A stretch of 64,000 bases of DNA, from NCBI GenBank assembly GCA_963706025.1, contig CAVPLM010000005.1, forward strand, positions 256,001 to 320,000, written 5' to 3'. Source of the DNA: an uncultured Actinomycetes bacterium (GTDB lineage Bacteria > Actinomycetota > Thermoleophilia > RBG-16-64-13). Positions 38,978-48,639 of the stretch are shown piece after piece. Position numbers and translations under genes: made by a program. The notes under the pieces are model-generated. The model saw only the letters and a list, made by a program, of their open reading frames with translations. It was not told where the DNA came from and made no database searches. Within the stretch, counting starts at the first letter, position 1, and every line of letters begins with the position of its first letter.

Positions 38978-39913
38978 TTGGACCTGCACCTGGTCTTCCT
39001 GGGAACCGCTGGAGCCACCCCGACGGTGGACAGAGGCTCTCCCGCAGTACTCTTGATCCGGGGAGGCGAACGGATCCTCATCGACTGCGGCGAGGGTACC
39101 CAGCGGCAACTCATGCGCTCGGTCGGGCTGGCTAAGATCGGGATGATCCTCCTTACTCACCTTCACGGAGATCACTATCTGGGCCTGCCGGGCCTGCTTA
39201 AGACCCTTAGTCTCCTGGGCAGGGAGGAGCCCCTCCTGCTCTTCGGGCCCGAGGGCCTTTATGAGGTTCTGAGAGAGACCGAGCGTATCGTGGGTAGGCC
39301 CCGCTTTCCTTTTCTAGTGGAGGAAGCCCGTCCTGGACTGGTCCTGGAGACTGCGGACTATCGGCTCGTGACGGCGCCCACCGATCACGGTCTCCCGGGC
39401 TTGGCCTGGTGTATCCAAGAGAAGCCCCGGGCGGGGTTGTTCCACCCCGAATGGGCGGCGGGACTGGGGGTCGCCCCGGGACCCGATTTCGGCCGGCTCC
39501 AACGTGGCGAGACGATCGTGACGGCGGAAGAGAGGGAAGTGAGGCCCGAGGAGGTCATGGAGTCGTCTCGCAAAGGACGCACGATAGTGGTCACCGGGGA
39601 TACCCGGCCGGCCCCAGCGGTGATCGAGTTGGCCAGGGGAGCGTCGGTGCTGGTTCATGACTCTACTTTTGGCGATTCGGAGCGGGAACGGGCTTTGGAG
39701 ACCGGCCATTCGACCGCGCGGGAAGCGGCCGAAGTGGCCTGCGACGCTGAGGTCGGGACGCTTGTCTTGACCCACCTGAGCTCACGCCATCATTGGCGCG
39801 AGCTCCGCGACGAAGCTCGGGCGTTGTTCCCCGGGGCTCTACTGCCACGAGATCTGGACACTCTCGTCGTGCCGTTCCCAGAGAAGGGCGGCGCCCGACT
39901 CGAACGGGTATAA
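38978..39913 (+). CDS. rnz: Ribonuclease Z
   Basis: FLGT, DCGEGTQRQ, THLHGDH, GP exosite GVAPGPDFGRL, TGDT, HST, LTHLS. Confidence 0.95.
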   Translation: MDLHLVFLGTAGATPTVDRGSPAVLLIRGGERILIDCGEGTQRQLMRSVGLAKIGMILLTHLHGDHYLGLPGLLKTLSLLGREEPLLLFGPEGLYEVLRETERIVGRPRFPFLVEEARPGLVLETADYRLVTAPTDHGLPGLAWCIQEKPRAGLFHPEWAAGLGVAPGPDFGRLQRGETIVTAEEREVRPEEVMESSRKGRTIVVTGDTRPAPAVIELARGASVLVHDSTFGDSERERALETGHSTAREAAEVACDAEVGTLVLTHLSSRHHWRELRDEARALFPGALLPRDLDTLVVPFPEKGGARLERV

Positions 39914-39976
39914 TTGCCCCTCGCCATCGGCCGGCCGCCGCCCAGCGCCGGGCCGCCCGGCGATCACCTTCCTAGC

Positions 39977-40049
39977 GCCCACGTAGCTCAGGGGATAGAG
40001 CACTGGCCTCCGGAGCCAGGTGCCGCAGGTTCGAATCCTGCCGTGGGCA
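39977..40049 (+). tRNA. tRNA-Arg (CCG), CCA not encoded
   Basis: Acceptor GCCCACG/CGTGGGC, D arm GCTC/GAGC, anticodon arm CTGGC-CTCCGGA-GCCAG, T arm GCAGG-TTCGAAT-CCTGC. Confidence 0.97.
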
Positions 40050-40746
40050 TATCCAGCCCCAGTGCCGCCTCCACCTGTCCATACGGGAGCGCGCGTAACG
40101 GCGAAAGCGCCCATCCAAAGACGCGCGGTAGCGCCTCCAGGTAGAGCGCCTTGAGGAGGTCCATGGAATAGGCGCGGCCGGTTATGGCCTGCAGGCTGGT
40201 CTGGCGCAATCCGGGTTCTCCACAGGATACGATCAGGTCGAAGAGACTGAGATCGATGCTGACGTTGAGGGACGTGCCGTGGCTGGCCACCCATCTCTGG
40301 CAGCGCAGACCCACCGAGGCGATCTTTTCGCCCTCGACGTACAGTCCGGGCCGGCCCTCGCGACGATGTCCGGCCACACCCAGGCCGTCGAGCAGAAGGA
40401 GCAGGACCTCCTCGAGGTCGTGCACGAAGTTGTGCAGGTCTCCGCCAGGGATGGGCACGATGAGGTAGCTGACCAGCTGCCCGGGGGCATGTAGGGTGGC
40501 CTGGCCGCCTCTCTCCGAAGCGAGCACTGGGATCCCCAGGCTCCGGACGCGCTCGAGGTCAGACAGATCGCTACGCGCACCCCGGCTGCCCAGGGTGATC
40601 ACAGGCTGGTGCTCGAGAAGGAGGATCACACCGGGCAAAGCCTGCCCGGCCACGGCTCTGCGCAGGCGGGCCTGCAGCTCCTGGACCGGACCGTACGGCG
40701 CTATCCCGAGGTCGAAGGTGGCAAGCGGGCCTGCGGGCCACCCCAT
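39988..40746 (-). CDS. lipB: Lipoyl(octanoyl) transferase (start uncertain)
   Basis: LLEHQPVITLG, RGGQATLH.PGQLV.Y, KIASVG, HG.SLNV, IVSCG. Confidence 0.92.
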   Translation of the reverse strand: MGWPAGPLATFDLGIAPYGPVQELQARLRRAVAGQALPGVILLLEHQPVITLGSRGARSDLSDLERVRSLGIPVLASERGGQATLHAPGQLVSYLIVPIPGGDLHNFVHDLEEVLLLLLDGLGVAGHRREGRPGLYVEGEKIASVGLRCQRWVASHGTSLNVSIDLSLFDLIVSCGEPGLRQTSLQAITGRAYSMDLLKALYLEALPRVFGWALSPLRALPYGQVEAALGLDMPTAGFEPAAPGSGGQCSIP

Positions 40747-40923
40747 AGCTGGCTCGTCGATCGGAACGCTCGTGCCTGACCTCCCTAATCCCAACGGCCC
40801 TTGAGCCACGCCGCCCGGGTATGAGAGACTCAAACCCAAGCGGTCAAGAGAACTACGCGGTCAAGATACAGCACGGACGGCGGGCGGATCGGCGCCTGCG
40901 CATGCCGGGATGCGGGAGGATCG

Positions 40924-41148
40924 GTGTCAAAGAAGAAATATGACCCTCTGTGGACGATCGTCGATGAGAAGATCGCTCTGCAAGGCGGGGAGCCGGACGT
41001 CGACGCCCGCTGCCCCTATTGCCATGTGGTGGTGCACGTGGGGCTCCAAGCAAAGGCAGGGGAGCGCTACGAGTGCGGACTTTGCGGCGGGACCTCCACG
41101 GTCGCCGAAGAGCAGGGAACGGTCACTCTCACCCGGGTCGTTCGCTGA
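40924..41148 (+). CDS. Small zinc-ribbon protein (CxxC-x17-CxxC)
   Basis: RBS GGGAGG before GTG; CPYC...CGLC. Confidence 0.7.
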   Translation: MSKKKYDPLWTIVDEKIALQGGEPDVDARCPYCHVVVHVGLQAKAGERYECGLCGGTSTVAEEQGTVTLTRVVR

Positions 41149-41182
41149 CCCACCGGTCAGGAGCCCCGGTCGATCTCACCGG

Positions 41183-42277
41183 TCAGTAACGGACTACAGG
41201 ACGCCCGAGGTCGTCCCGCAACTTGCCGAGCTTGGCCGGCAATTCGGCCGGCGCCGAGACGGTGGTGGGGTCGCCATCCGAGACGTAGCGTAGCTCCGGG
41301 TTCTCCTTGAGATACTGGATCGCCTCGCCTAGGTAGGGATCGCTGCCCCTGACCCGCGGGATGTGAAGGGGCCTGAAGGCCGAGGAGAAGGGGGAGGCCG
41401 AGGGAGTCGTCCCCAAGGCAAGGCCGGCGTTGTATTCGTATGAAGTGCCTTCGTATTCCCCGCTCGCGATGAGGCTTTCTTCCTCCGGGTACTCCCCGAA
41501 GGGGATGGACAGGGTGGTGACCGCGTAGCCGCCGCCGATAAGGTCTTCGAGGGTGGCCTGGGACTCGGCCAGTTGCTTGGTGGCTTCCCCGGTGGAGGCC
41601 TCCTTGAGATTCAGGTGGGTGACGGTATGGCTGCCCACCTCATAGCCCCACTCGATCAGATTGCGCAACTTCTCCTGTTGCCGTTCGGGCTGTCCGAAGA
41701 GCTCGCGCTCCTTGGGGACCACGTCCAGAAGAGGGAAGAACGAGGCGCGGGAAGCCCAGTCCCCTTCCTCGACCGCCGCCTGCAGAATCCCCACCGCAGA
41801 GTCCGGATCGACGCTACCGTCGTCGAGGATGCGGTACTGCCCGGGGCTGGAATCGTCGAAGGTGATGAGTACCGGGGACTTCCCCGCGGGGATGTCGATG
41901 TTGCCGGAAGCGAGGTCACGCGCGTTGATGGGATAGTAGCCCTCCGACTTGAGCAGGGCGATATCCTCCCGGAAGTGCTCGGGAGTCCGTGTCCAGTCCG
42001 CCTCCTCGGAGTCGATCAAGTGATACATCACCACCAAGACCTGGCCCATCTCGTTGGCTCCGATGGCCTTGGCTTGCTCGGCGGTCATGGGCTCGGACGA
42101 GCCGGACGCCAGGGACGACTCGGAAGAGAGATCGGACGAGCCGTCTTCGCTCTGGGCGGCGGCTTTGGGAGTGGCCGCTCCAGGCGGACCGCCGAACGCC
42201 AGCCCGGAAACCAGGCCGACGACCGCCCCGATGGCAAAAGCGAACATAAGGAACCGAAAGACCCTACGTGTGCGCAT
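41183..42277 (-). CDS. Membrane-anchored/secreted polysaccharide deacetylase (CE4/NodB)
   Basis: N-terminal hydrophobic helix, VMYH, ITFDD, GSHTVTH, SIPFG. Confidence 0.88.
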   Translation of the reverse strand: MRTRRVFRFLMFAFAIGAVVGLVSGLAFGGPPGAATPKAAAQSEDGSSDLSSESSLASGSSEPMTAEQAKAIGANEMGQVLVVMYHLIDSEEADWTRTPEHFREDIALLKSEGYYPINARDLASGNIDIPAGKSPVLITFDDSSPGQYRILDDGSVDPDSAVGILQAAVEEGDWASRASFFPLLDVVPKERELFGQPERQQEKLRNLIEWGYEVGSHTVTHLNLKEASTGEATKQLAESQATLEDLIGGGYAVTTLSIPFGEYPEEESLIASGEYEGTSYEYNAGLALGTTPSASPFSSAFRPLHIPRVRGSDPYLGEAIQYLKENPELRYVSDGDPTTVSAPAELPAKLGKLRDDLGRPVVRY

Positions 42278-42321
42278 AACGGCCCAAGTTTACCAGAGAC
42301 CTCTGGTAGAATACCCGGACC

Positions 42322-43570
42322 ATGGCCCAGACGCGCTCTTCCAGAGATCATCGCCGCCCCCGCCCATCGCGGCGGCGCAAGGGAGCAGGTCTCCGTCTGG
42401 CCTTCATCGCGCTCATGGGCGCGGCAGTGTTCGCCGGTGGGTTCATCCTCCTGTGGTCTGCGGGAAGCTGGGTCGTCGGTGGTGGCGGGTTCCCTGGGGG
42501 CGGAGAGGAGACCACGGCGACTGCGGCAGTCGCCGTGCCGGTGCAGACCGACTATGCGGTCGAACCTCTGGTGGATCCGCGGGTATTTCGAGATCTCTCG
42601 TACGTTCCGGTCAAGGGCGTCTACATGACCAGCTATGCGGCCGGCTCCTCCGAAAAACTCGAGAGCATGATCGGGCTGGCGGATCGCACCGAGATAAACG
42701 CTTTCGTCATCGATGTCAAGGAGGACCTCGGTCTGGTGACCTACGAAGCCGATGTCGCCTTGGCCAAGGAGCTGGACCTGATCGACCCCCGCATCGACGA
42801 TATCGACGCCCTCATCGCGACACTCCGGGAACATAGGATCACCCCTATCGCTCGGCTGGTCTGTTTCAAGGACACCACTCTGGCCACCAAGCGGCCGGAT
42901 CTGGCAGTCAAGAGCAAGAAGGGGGGCATCTGGGAGGACTACAAGGGGCTCAACTACACGAATCCCTATAGCCATGAGGTGTGGGAGTACCTCGTCCAGG
43001 TAGGCTGAGGATGCCGCGCGTCACGGGTTCAGGGAGATCCAGTTCGACTACGTCCGCTTCCCCAGCGACGGCCCCATATCCGAGGCCGTCTACCCCGGTA
43101 AGTATTGTGAGAAAGAGGATGCTATAGCCGGGTTCCTGGCGTATGCCCGGCAGCGCTTGGAGAAGCTGGGCGCGTGGGTGTCCGCCGACGTGTTCGGGCT
43201 GACCGTCCATGTCAACGATGATATGGGGATAGGTCAGCGGATCGAGAAGATCAGCCAGAACGTCGACATCGTCTGTCCCATGGTCTACCCCTCCCACTAC
43301 GAGGCCGGTTCCTACGGGATCGACAGTCCCAACGCTAACCCGTACGACACCATCACGGCCGCCATGAAGGACACCACGAAGCGGCTGGCCGGCACGGGCG
43401 CCAAGGGCCGGCCGTGGCTCCAGGATTTCTCTCTCCGGGGCGTCACCTATGGGGTGGCCGAAGTGAAGAAGCAGATCAAGGCGGCGGAGGACCAGGGCTT
43501 CAACGAATGGATCCTGTGGGACCCGTCGCTGAAGTACATGGAAGGGGCTCTGAGGCTCCAGGAGAGCTGA
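42322..43570 (+). CDS. DUF4015-type putative glycoside hydrolase, 1-nt frameshift at ~43004
   Basis: KGVYMT, INAFVIDVK, IARLVCFKD; after removing one G: GFREIQFDYVRFP, SADVFG, PMVYPSHY, RPWLQDF. Confidence 0.8.
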
Positions 43571-43601
43571 TCCGGCGGCCGCTCTCCCACGGGCGCGGAC
43601 T

Positions 43602-45350
43602 CTACTCGACCAAGACGGGGACCACGCTCTGGGCCTCGACGTCCAAGATCCCTCCCAACGTTATCCGCAGGCGGGGGATCACGCTCAAGCTTATGAAGCT
43701 GAGCGCCATGAACGGTTCCTCGAGCTCCACTCCCAGTGCGGCGGCCGCCGATTCGAGAGCTCGGAGCCGAGCGCCCACCGTCGCGACCGGAAGATCGGCC
43801 ATCAGCCCGGCCAACGGCAGAGGCAGAGTCTGCACGTTTCCCCCTTCGGCCACGGCCAGTCCGCCGCCGGAAGAAGCCACTGCTCTCGCGGCGGTGAGCA
43901 TGTCGCGAGGATCGATCCCGGTCACGAGCAAGTGGTGGGCGTCGTGCGCGATGGTGGTGGCGATCGCTCCCCGGCGCAGCCCCAGACCGCTGACGAGGCC
44001 GCGGCCCATCCTGCCCGTCTTCCGATCGCGCTCCAGGAGGGCGACCAGGGCGATGTCGTCGTTCGGGGCCGCCTGAAGGCGACCGTGGCGCGCGTGCAGC
44101 CTGACCACCCGCTCGGTGGTCGGCAAGGAGCGAGGAACCAGGTTGATGGCGCGGGCCCAGTGCGGGCCATCGGCCGCGGGAGGAGCCAGGTCTTCCGCTC
44201 GCGAGAGGGCGACCTCGAACGTAGACGCAGGTAGGGGCGGTGTGGCCGGCAGAGGAATGGTCAAGCGCCCATCGCGGGCGACCACCCTGCCGGCCTGGAT
44301 GACCACGCGGGGGTGCGGGAACGAGGGGTCGTCCACTACCAGCAGGTCGGCCCGTAGACCGGGAGTGACGCTGCCCCGGTCGTACAGACGGTAGAGCGTG
44401 GCCGGATTGACGGTGACCGCGCGCAGTGCGTCGAGGGGGGCGACGCCACCCCGGATCAGGGCGGCCACCACTCCGTCGAGGTGATGGTGCTCGGCGAGGG
44501 CAGCCGCATTGCGGTCGTCGGTGCACAGCGCCGTGCGCTCGGTGCCGTACGCGACCAGGAAGGGCAGGGAGCGCTCGAGATCCCGCGCGGCCGAGCCCTC
44601 CCGTATGAGCGTCCACATGCCCAAGCGCCGGCGCTCGAGCAGCAGTTCCGGGTCGGACGTCTCGTGATCGGTATTGGGCCCGGCGGCAAGATACGCGGCG
44701 AGCTCGCGACCGGACACGTCGGGGGCGTGGCCGTCCAGCACCGTCTGGCCGAAAAGGGTCGAAGGCAGACCGGAGCCGGCGCCGTTTATGACGCCCTTAT
44801 AGTCCATCGCCTCGCCCAAGCCGCTCACCCCTTCTCGAGTGAGGAAGGAAGCGATCGCCGCGGGATCGAGGCTGCCGTGGGCCTGTTCAAAGGGCGATGC
44901 GGGGACGGTGGTGGGTATCATGAGCCGCAGATCGAGGGGAAGACCACGACGGGCTTGAAGGTAGAATTCGATGCCCGCCGCGCCCAGTAGGTTGACGATC
45001 TCGTGCGGTTCGGCCAGGGCGGTGGTGATCCCGTGCACCGCGAGCGCCTCGGCGAAGCGGGGCGGGGAGAGCAGTGAGGTCTCGGGATGGACGTGGGCGT
45101 CGATGAAGCCGGGCAGTATGTAGGAACCGGCTGCGTCGATCACCCGGTCGGGGCCCGTCTCTCCCCGGGCGTCGGTGCGGGTGGTGGGGTTGGGATAATC
45201 ACCTACTCCGGCGATGAGGGAACCGCACAGGACGACATCCGCCGGAATGAACTCCCCGGTGAAGGGCGAGAAGACCCTGCCATTCTCGATCAGCAGAGTA
45301 GGCGGATCGAGGCCCAGAGCCACTCGGCGGCAGTGTTCACGCTGGTCCAT
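43602..45350 (-). CDS. ade: Adenine deaminase
   Basis: PGFIDAHVH, EPHEI, DGHAP, TDHE, IREGSAA, CTDD, IAHDAH, LPLAGLM. Confidence 0.92.
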   Translation of the reverse strand: MDQREHCRRVALGLDPPTLLIENGRVFSPFTGEFIPADVVLCGSLIAGVGDYPNPTTRTDARGETGPDRVIDAAGSYILPGFIDAHVHPETSLLSPPRFAEALAVHGITTALAEPHEIVNLLGAAGIEFYLQARRGLPLDLRLMIPTTVPASPFEQAHGSLDPAAIASFLTREGVSGLGEAMDYKGVINGAGSGLPSTLFGQTVLDGHAPDVSGRELAAYLAAGPNTDHETSDPELLLERRRLGMWTLIREGSAARDLERSLPFLVAYGTERTALCTDDRNAAALAEHHHLDGVVAALIRGGVAPLDALRAVTVNPATLYRLYDRGSVTPGLRADLLVVDDPSFPHPRVVIQAGRVVARDGRLTIPLPATPPLPASTFEVALSRAEDLAPPAADGPHWARAINLVPRSLPTTERVVRLHARHGRLQAAPNDDIALVALLERDRKTGRMGRGLVSGLGLRRGAIATTIAHDAHHLLVTGIDPRDMLTAARAVASSGGGLAVAEGGNVQTLPLPLAGLMADLPVATVGARLRALESAAAALGVELEEPFMALSFISLSVIPRLRITLGGILDVEAQSVVPVLVE

Positions 45351-45518
45351 CGTCTGCTTATTCCCCTCGAGCCCGGGTTCGAAGCTTGAACTCACAATGT
45401 CGTTTTGGTGGGCGTTTGTTCGCGCGGTCGCGACGACGGTAGAATATGCGTCTGTTCGTCCGGTCAAAGACCAGACGCGCTAGAGGCCGCTCCTGAATCC
45501 GTTTCACTGGGGGTCCCG

Positions 45519-45929
45519 ATGAGCATCACTCAGCTTTCGGTTTTTGTGGAGAACAGGACCGGCCACCTTGCCGACGCGCTGGGTACGTTGGCCGACGGTG
45601 GAGTGAACGTGCTTGCCTTCGCCATCGCCGACACCACAGACTATGGCATTCTCCGTCTGGTGGTCGACAGAGTGGAGTTGGCCAAGGGACTCCTGAAGGC
45701 GGCCGACTATGCGGTGGTGGAACACGAGGTGGTTTGCACGGTCATACCCGACGAGCCGGGCGTGCTGGCCGCTATCGCCCGCTTGGTGGCGGAATCGGGG
45801 CTGGACATCGAGTACATCTATCTGGGGGCGCGGCATTCCCTGCTCTTGAAGGCGGAGGAGTACCGGCGGCTGGAAGAGCTTCTGGTGGCGAAGGGCCTGC
45901 GGGTGCTGGGGCCCGGCGACCAACTCTAG
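45519..45929 (+). CDS. Tandem ACT-domain protein (PaaK-associated type)
   Basis: QLSVFVENRTG.L, IADTTDYGILRL, DEPG.L, IEYIY. Confidence 0.88.
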   Translation: MSITQLSVFVENRTGHLADALGTLADGGVNVLAFAIADTTDYGILRLVVDRVELAKGLLKAADYAVVEHEVVCTVIPDEPGVLAAIARLVAESGLDIEYIYLGARHSLLLKAEEYRRLEELLVAKGLRVLGPGDQL

Positions 45930-45989
45930 GTTGGAACGAGGTCGGCGAGACATGGATGGGATGAGGGCGGACAGGGGTCGGGCTCGACC

Positions 45990-46868
45990 GTGAGTTTCGA
46001 CCAATTCGTCCAGTACATCTTCAGCGGCATCACCAGCGGCAGCATCTATGCGCTCACGGCCTTGGGCTTCACCCTGATCTTCAACGCCACCCAGATCATC
46101 AATTTCGCCCAGGGTCAATTGGTCATGCTCGGCGGGATGTCGGCGGTGGCTCTCTACGGAGCGGGTCTGCCGCTGTGGGCGTGCTTCGTCGTCGCGGTGG
46201 CGGTCGTGACGGGAGTCACCGTGGGTTTCGAACAGATCGCCATCAGGCCGCTGCTCAAGAAAGGCGTTCTGGCTCAGATCATCGCCACGGTCGGGGCGTC
46301 GTTCGTGTTCGCGACGGTCGCCATGCTCATATGGGGCAGAGACGCCGTGGCTCTACCCCCGTTTTCAGGGGACGACCCCATCAGTGTGGGTGGGGCGACC
46401 ATCATCCCGCAGACACTGTGGGTCGTGGGGTTGACCGTCGTGATCGTCATCGCCCTCCAGATCTTCTATCGCAGGACCCTGTTCGGCAAGGCTGTGCGGG
46501 CCTGCGCCATCAATCCCACCTCGGCCAGGATGCAGGGAATCTCCTACAGCCGGGTGGTCATGTTCAGCTTCGCTCTGAGTGGGGCCATATCCGCTGCCGC
46601 AGGCGTGATGATCACCCCCATCAGTTTCATGAGCTACTCCTCCGGAGCGCTCCTGGGGCTGAAAGGCTTCGCGGCCGCCACCCTGGGGGGGCTGGGAAGC
46701 CCGGTAGGCGCCGTGGCCGGGGGCTTCATGCTGGGCATCGTGGAGGCGCTGGGTGTGGGAGTGGTGTCGGCCGGCTACAAGGACGCGATCTCCTTCGTCA
46801 TCCTGCTCCTGGTGCTGTTCCTGCGCCCGGCCGGGCTGCTAGGCGCGCGGGTGGTGAGTAGGCAATGA
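45990..46868 (+). CDS. livH: LIV-type ABC transporter permease
   Basis: GSIYAL.ALG, INFAQG, GKAVRA, KGFAAATLGGLG. Confidence 0.9.
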   Translation: MSFDQFVQYIFSGITSGSIYALTALGFTLIFNATQIINFAQGQLVMLGGMSAVALYGAGLPLWACFVVAVAVVTGVTVGFEQIAIRPLLKKGVLAQIIATVGASFVFATVAMLIWGRDAVALPPFSGDDPISVGGATIIPQTLWVVGLTVVIVIALQIFYRRTLFGKAVRACAINPTSARMQGISYSRVVMFSFALSGAISAAAGVMITPISFMSYSSGALLGLKGFAAATLGGLGSPVGAVAGGFMLGIVEALGVGVVSAGYKDAISFVILLLVLFLRPAGLLGARVVSRQ

Positions 46869-47875
46869 GCGCCGCCGCCGCGTTCGCTCGCAGGCACACC
46901 GGCTATCTGGTCTTCGTGGTGGTGGTCATGACCATCCCGCTGTACCTGAGCGACACCTACTACCTATCCGTGCTCGCCTTCATGGCCACCCGCTTCATGA
47001 TGGTCCTGGGGCTCAGCCTTCTCCTCGGACAGGCCGGTCAGATCTCCCTGGGGCAGGCCGCTTTCGTGGGCGTAGGGGCCTACGGTGCGGCGATCTTGAC
47101 CACGAAACTCGGATTCAATCCGTGGCTGGCGATGGCTCTGGCGGCCATCCTGGCGGCCGCGATCGCCGGCCTGGTGGGTATACCGACCCTGAGGCTGAAG
47201 GGGTACTACCTGGCTATGGCCACGCTGGGCATCAACGAGATCATCTACATCTTGCTGGTGCAGCTCAAGAGTCTCACCAACGGTACCGACGGGGTCACCG
47301 GCATACCCTCGCTCTCCATCGGAGGACTCGAGCTGGGCATGGGTACACCCAAGGCCTACCATCTGGTCGTATGGGGCGTCGCTCTCCTGATGTTCCGGCT
47401 CGCCTTGAACCTCTCGAGCTCAAGGGTCGGCCGTTCGCTTCGCGCCCTGCACAAGTCGGAGCCGGCGGCGGAGTCCCTGGGGGTGGACACTTCCTACCGC
47501 AAGGTCCAGGTCTTCATGCTGGCCGCGGTGTTCGCGAGCATCGCCGGTAGCTTCGACGCCTACTATGTCCGCTACATCAGCCCCGATGGGTATACCATCA
47601 CCTTCTCCATCATCCTCATCACCGGGGTGATCATCGGCGGATTGCGTAGCATGTGGGGGGCTCTGTGGGGGACGCTGGTCATAGTGATACTGCCCGAAGT
47701 GCTCAAACGGGTGAACGAGGACATCACCAATCTGGTCTTCGGCGTCCTGTTGATAGCCATCATGATCTTCTGGCAGGATCGCAGCCAGGGGGTGTTGCAG
47801 CTGGTGCGTGAGTGGAGGACGAAAGGCGGGCGAGATGAGGTCACCCCGCCCGGCGACGAGGAGCGAGGTCCCTGA
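46865..47875 (+). CDS. livM: LIV-type ABC transporter permease
   Basis: GQISLGQAAF.GVGAY, RLKGYYLAMATLG. Confidence 0.9.
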   Translation: MSAAAAFARRHTGYLVFVVVVMTIPLYLSDTYYLSVLAFMATRFMMVLGLSLLLGQAGQISLGQAAFVGVGAYGAAILTTKLGFNPWLAMALAAILAAAIAGLVGIPTLRLKGYYLAMATLGINEIIYILLVQLKSLTNGTDGVTGIPSLSIGGLELGMGTPKAYHLVVWGVALLMFRLALNLSSSRVGRSLRALHKSEPAAESLGVDTSYRKVQVFMLAAVFASIAGSFDAYYVRYISPDGYTITFSIILITGVIIGGLRSMWGALWGTLVIVILPEVLKRVNEDITNLVFGVLLIAIMIFWQDRSQGVLQLVREWRTKGGRDEVTPPGDEERGP

Positions 47876-48639
47876 TGGCACTTCTGAGCGTGGAGAACGT
47901 GTCTAAGAGATTCGGCGGGCTCGATGCCCTCAAGGACGTCACGTTCGCGGTGCATCAAGGGCAGATCAAGGCGCTGATCGGCCCGAACGGGGCGGGGAAG
48001 ACCACGCTCTTCAATCTGGTATCGGGATCGTATCGGCCCAGCGCGGGCCGGGTGCTCTTCGCGGGTGTCGACCTGGCCGGCAAACCCCCGCACCGCATAT
48101 GCCGGATGGGCGTGGGGCGGACCTTCCAGCAGAGCCTGGTCTTCGAAGAGATGAGCGTGGTGGATAATGTGGCGGTGGGACGCTACGTGCGTACCAAGGC
48201 CGGGGTCCTGGCGGCCGGGCTCACGCTGCCCGTCCACCGGCGTGAGGAAGGGGAGACCATGAAAGCGGCCCACGAGGCGCTGCGCCGGGTGGGCCTGGAT
48301 CATAGGGCGCTGGAGCCGGCGGAGAACCTTCCCATGGGGGAGCGGCACCTGCTGGAGATAGCGCGGTCGCTCGCCTCGGAGCCGCAGCTCCTGCTGTTGG
48401 ACGAACCGGCAGCGGGGCTTAACGACGAGGAGACGGCTCGATTGGCCGACACGGTGAGGAAGATAAGGGACGAAGGAGTGACGGTCCTGCTGGTAGAGCA
48501 CGACATGACCTTCGTCATGGACATATCTGACGAGGTGGTGGTCCTCGACTACGGGCGTAAGATCGCCGAGGGCCCGCCACTGATGATCCAGGACAACGAG
48601 GAAGTGATAAAGGCGTATCTGGGAGAGGAGTTGGGGTGA
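47875..48639 (+). CDS. livG: LIV-type ABC transporter ATPase
   Basis: GPNGAGKTT, RTFQ, LLLDEPAAG, VEHDM. Confidence 0.92.
   Translation: MALLSVENVSKRFGGLDALKDVTFAVHQGQIKALIGPNGAGKTTLFNLVSGSYRPSAGRVLFAGVDLAGKPPHRICRMGVGRTFQQSLVFEEMSVVDNVAVGRYVRTKAGVLAAGLTLPVHRREEGETMKAAHEALRRVGLDHRALEPAENLPMGERHLLEIARSLASEPQLLLLDEPAAGLNDEETARLADTVRKIRDEGVTVLLVEHDMTFVMDISDEVVVLDYGRKIAEGPPLMIQDNEEVIKAYLGEELG

Noticed and set aside
43006-43008. TGA as selenocysteine read-through, given selU
   Set aside because: The conserved continuation is in a different frame, so this is a 1-nt insertion rather than an in-frame UGA.
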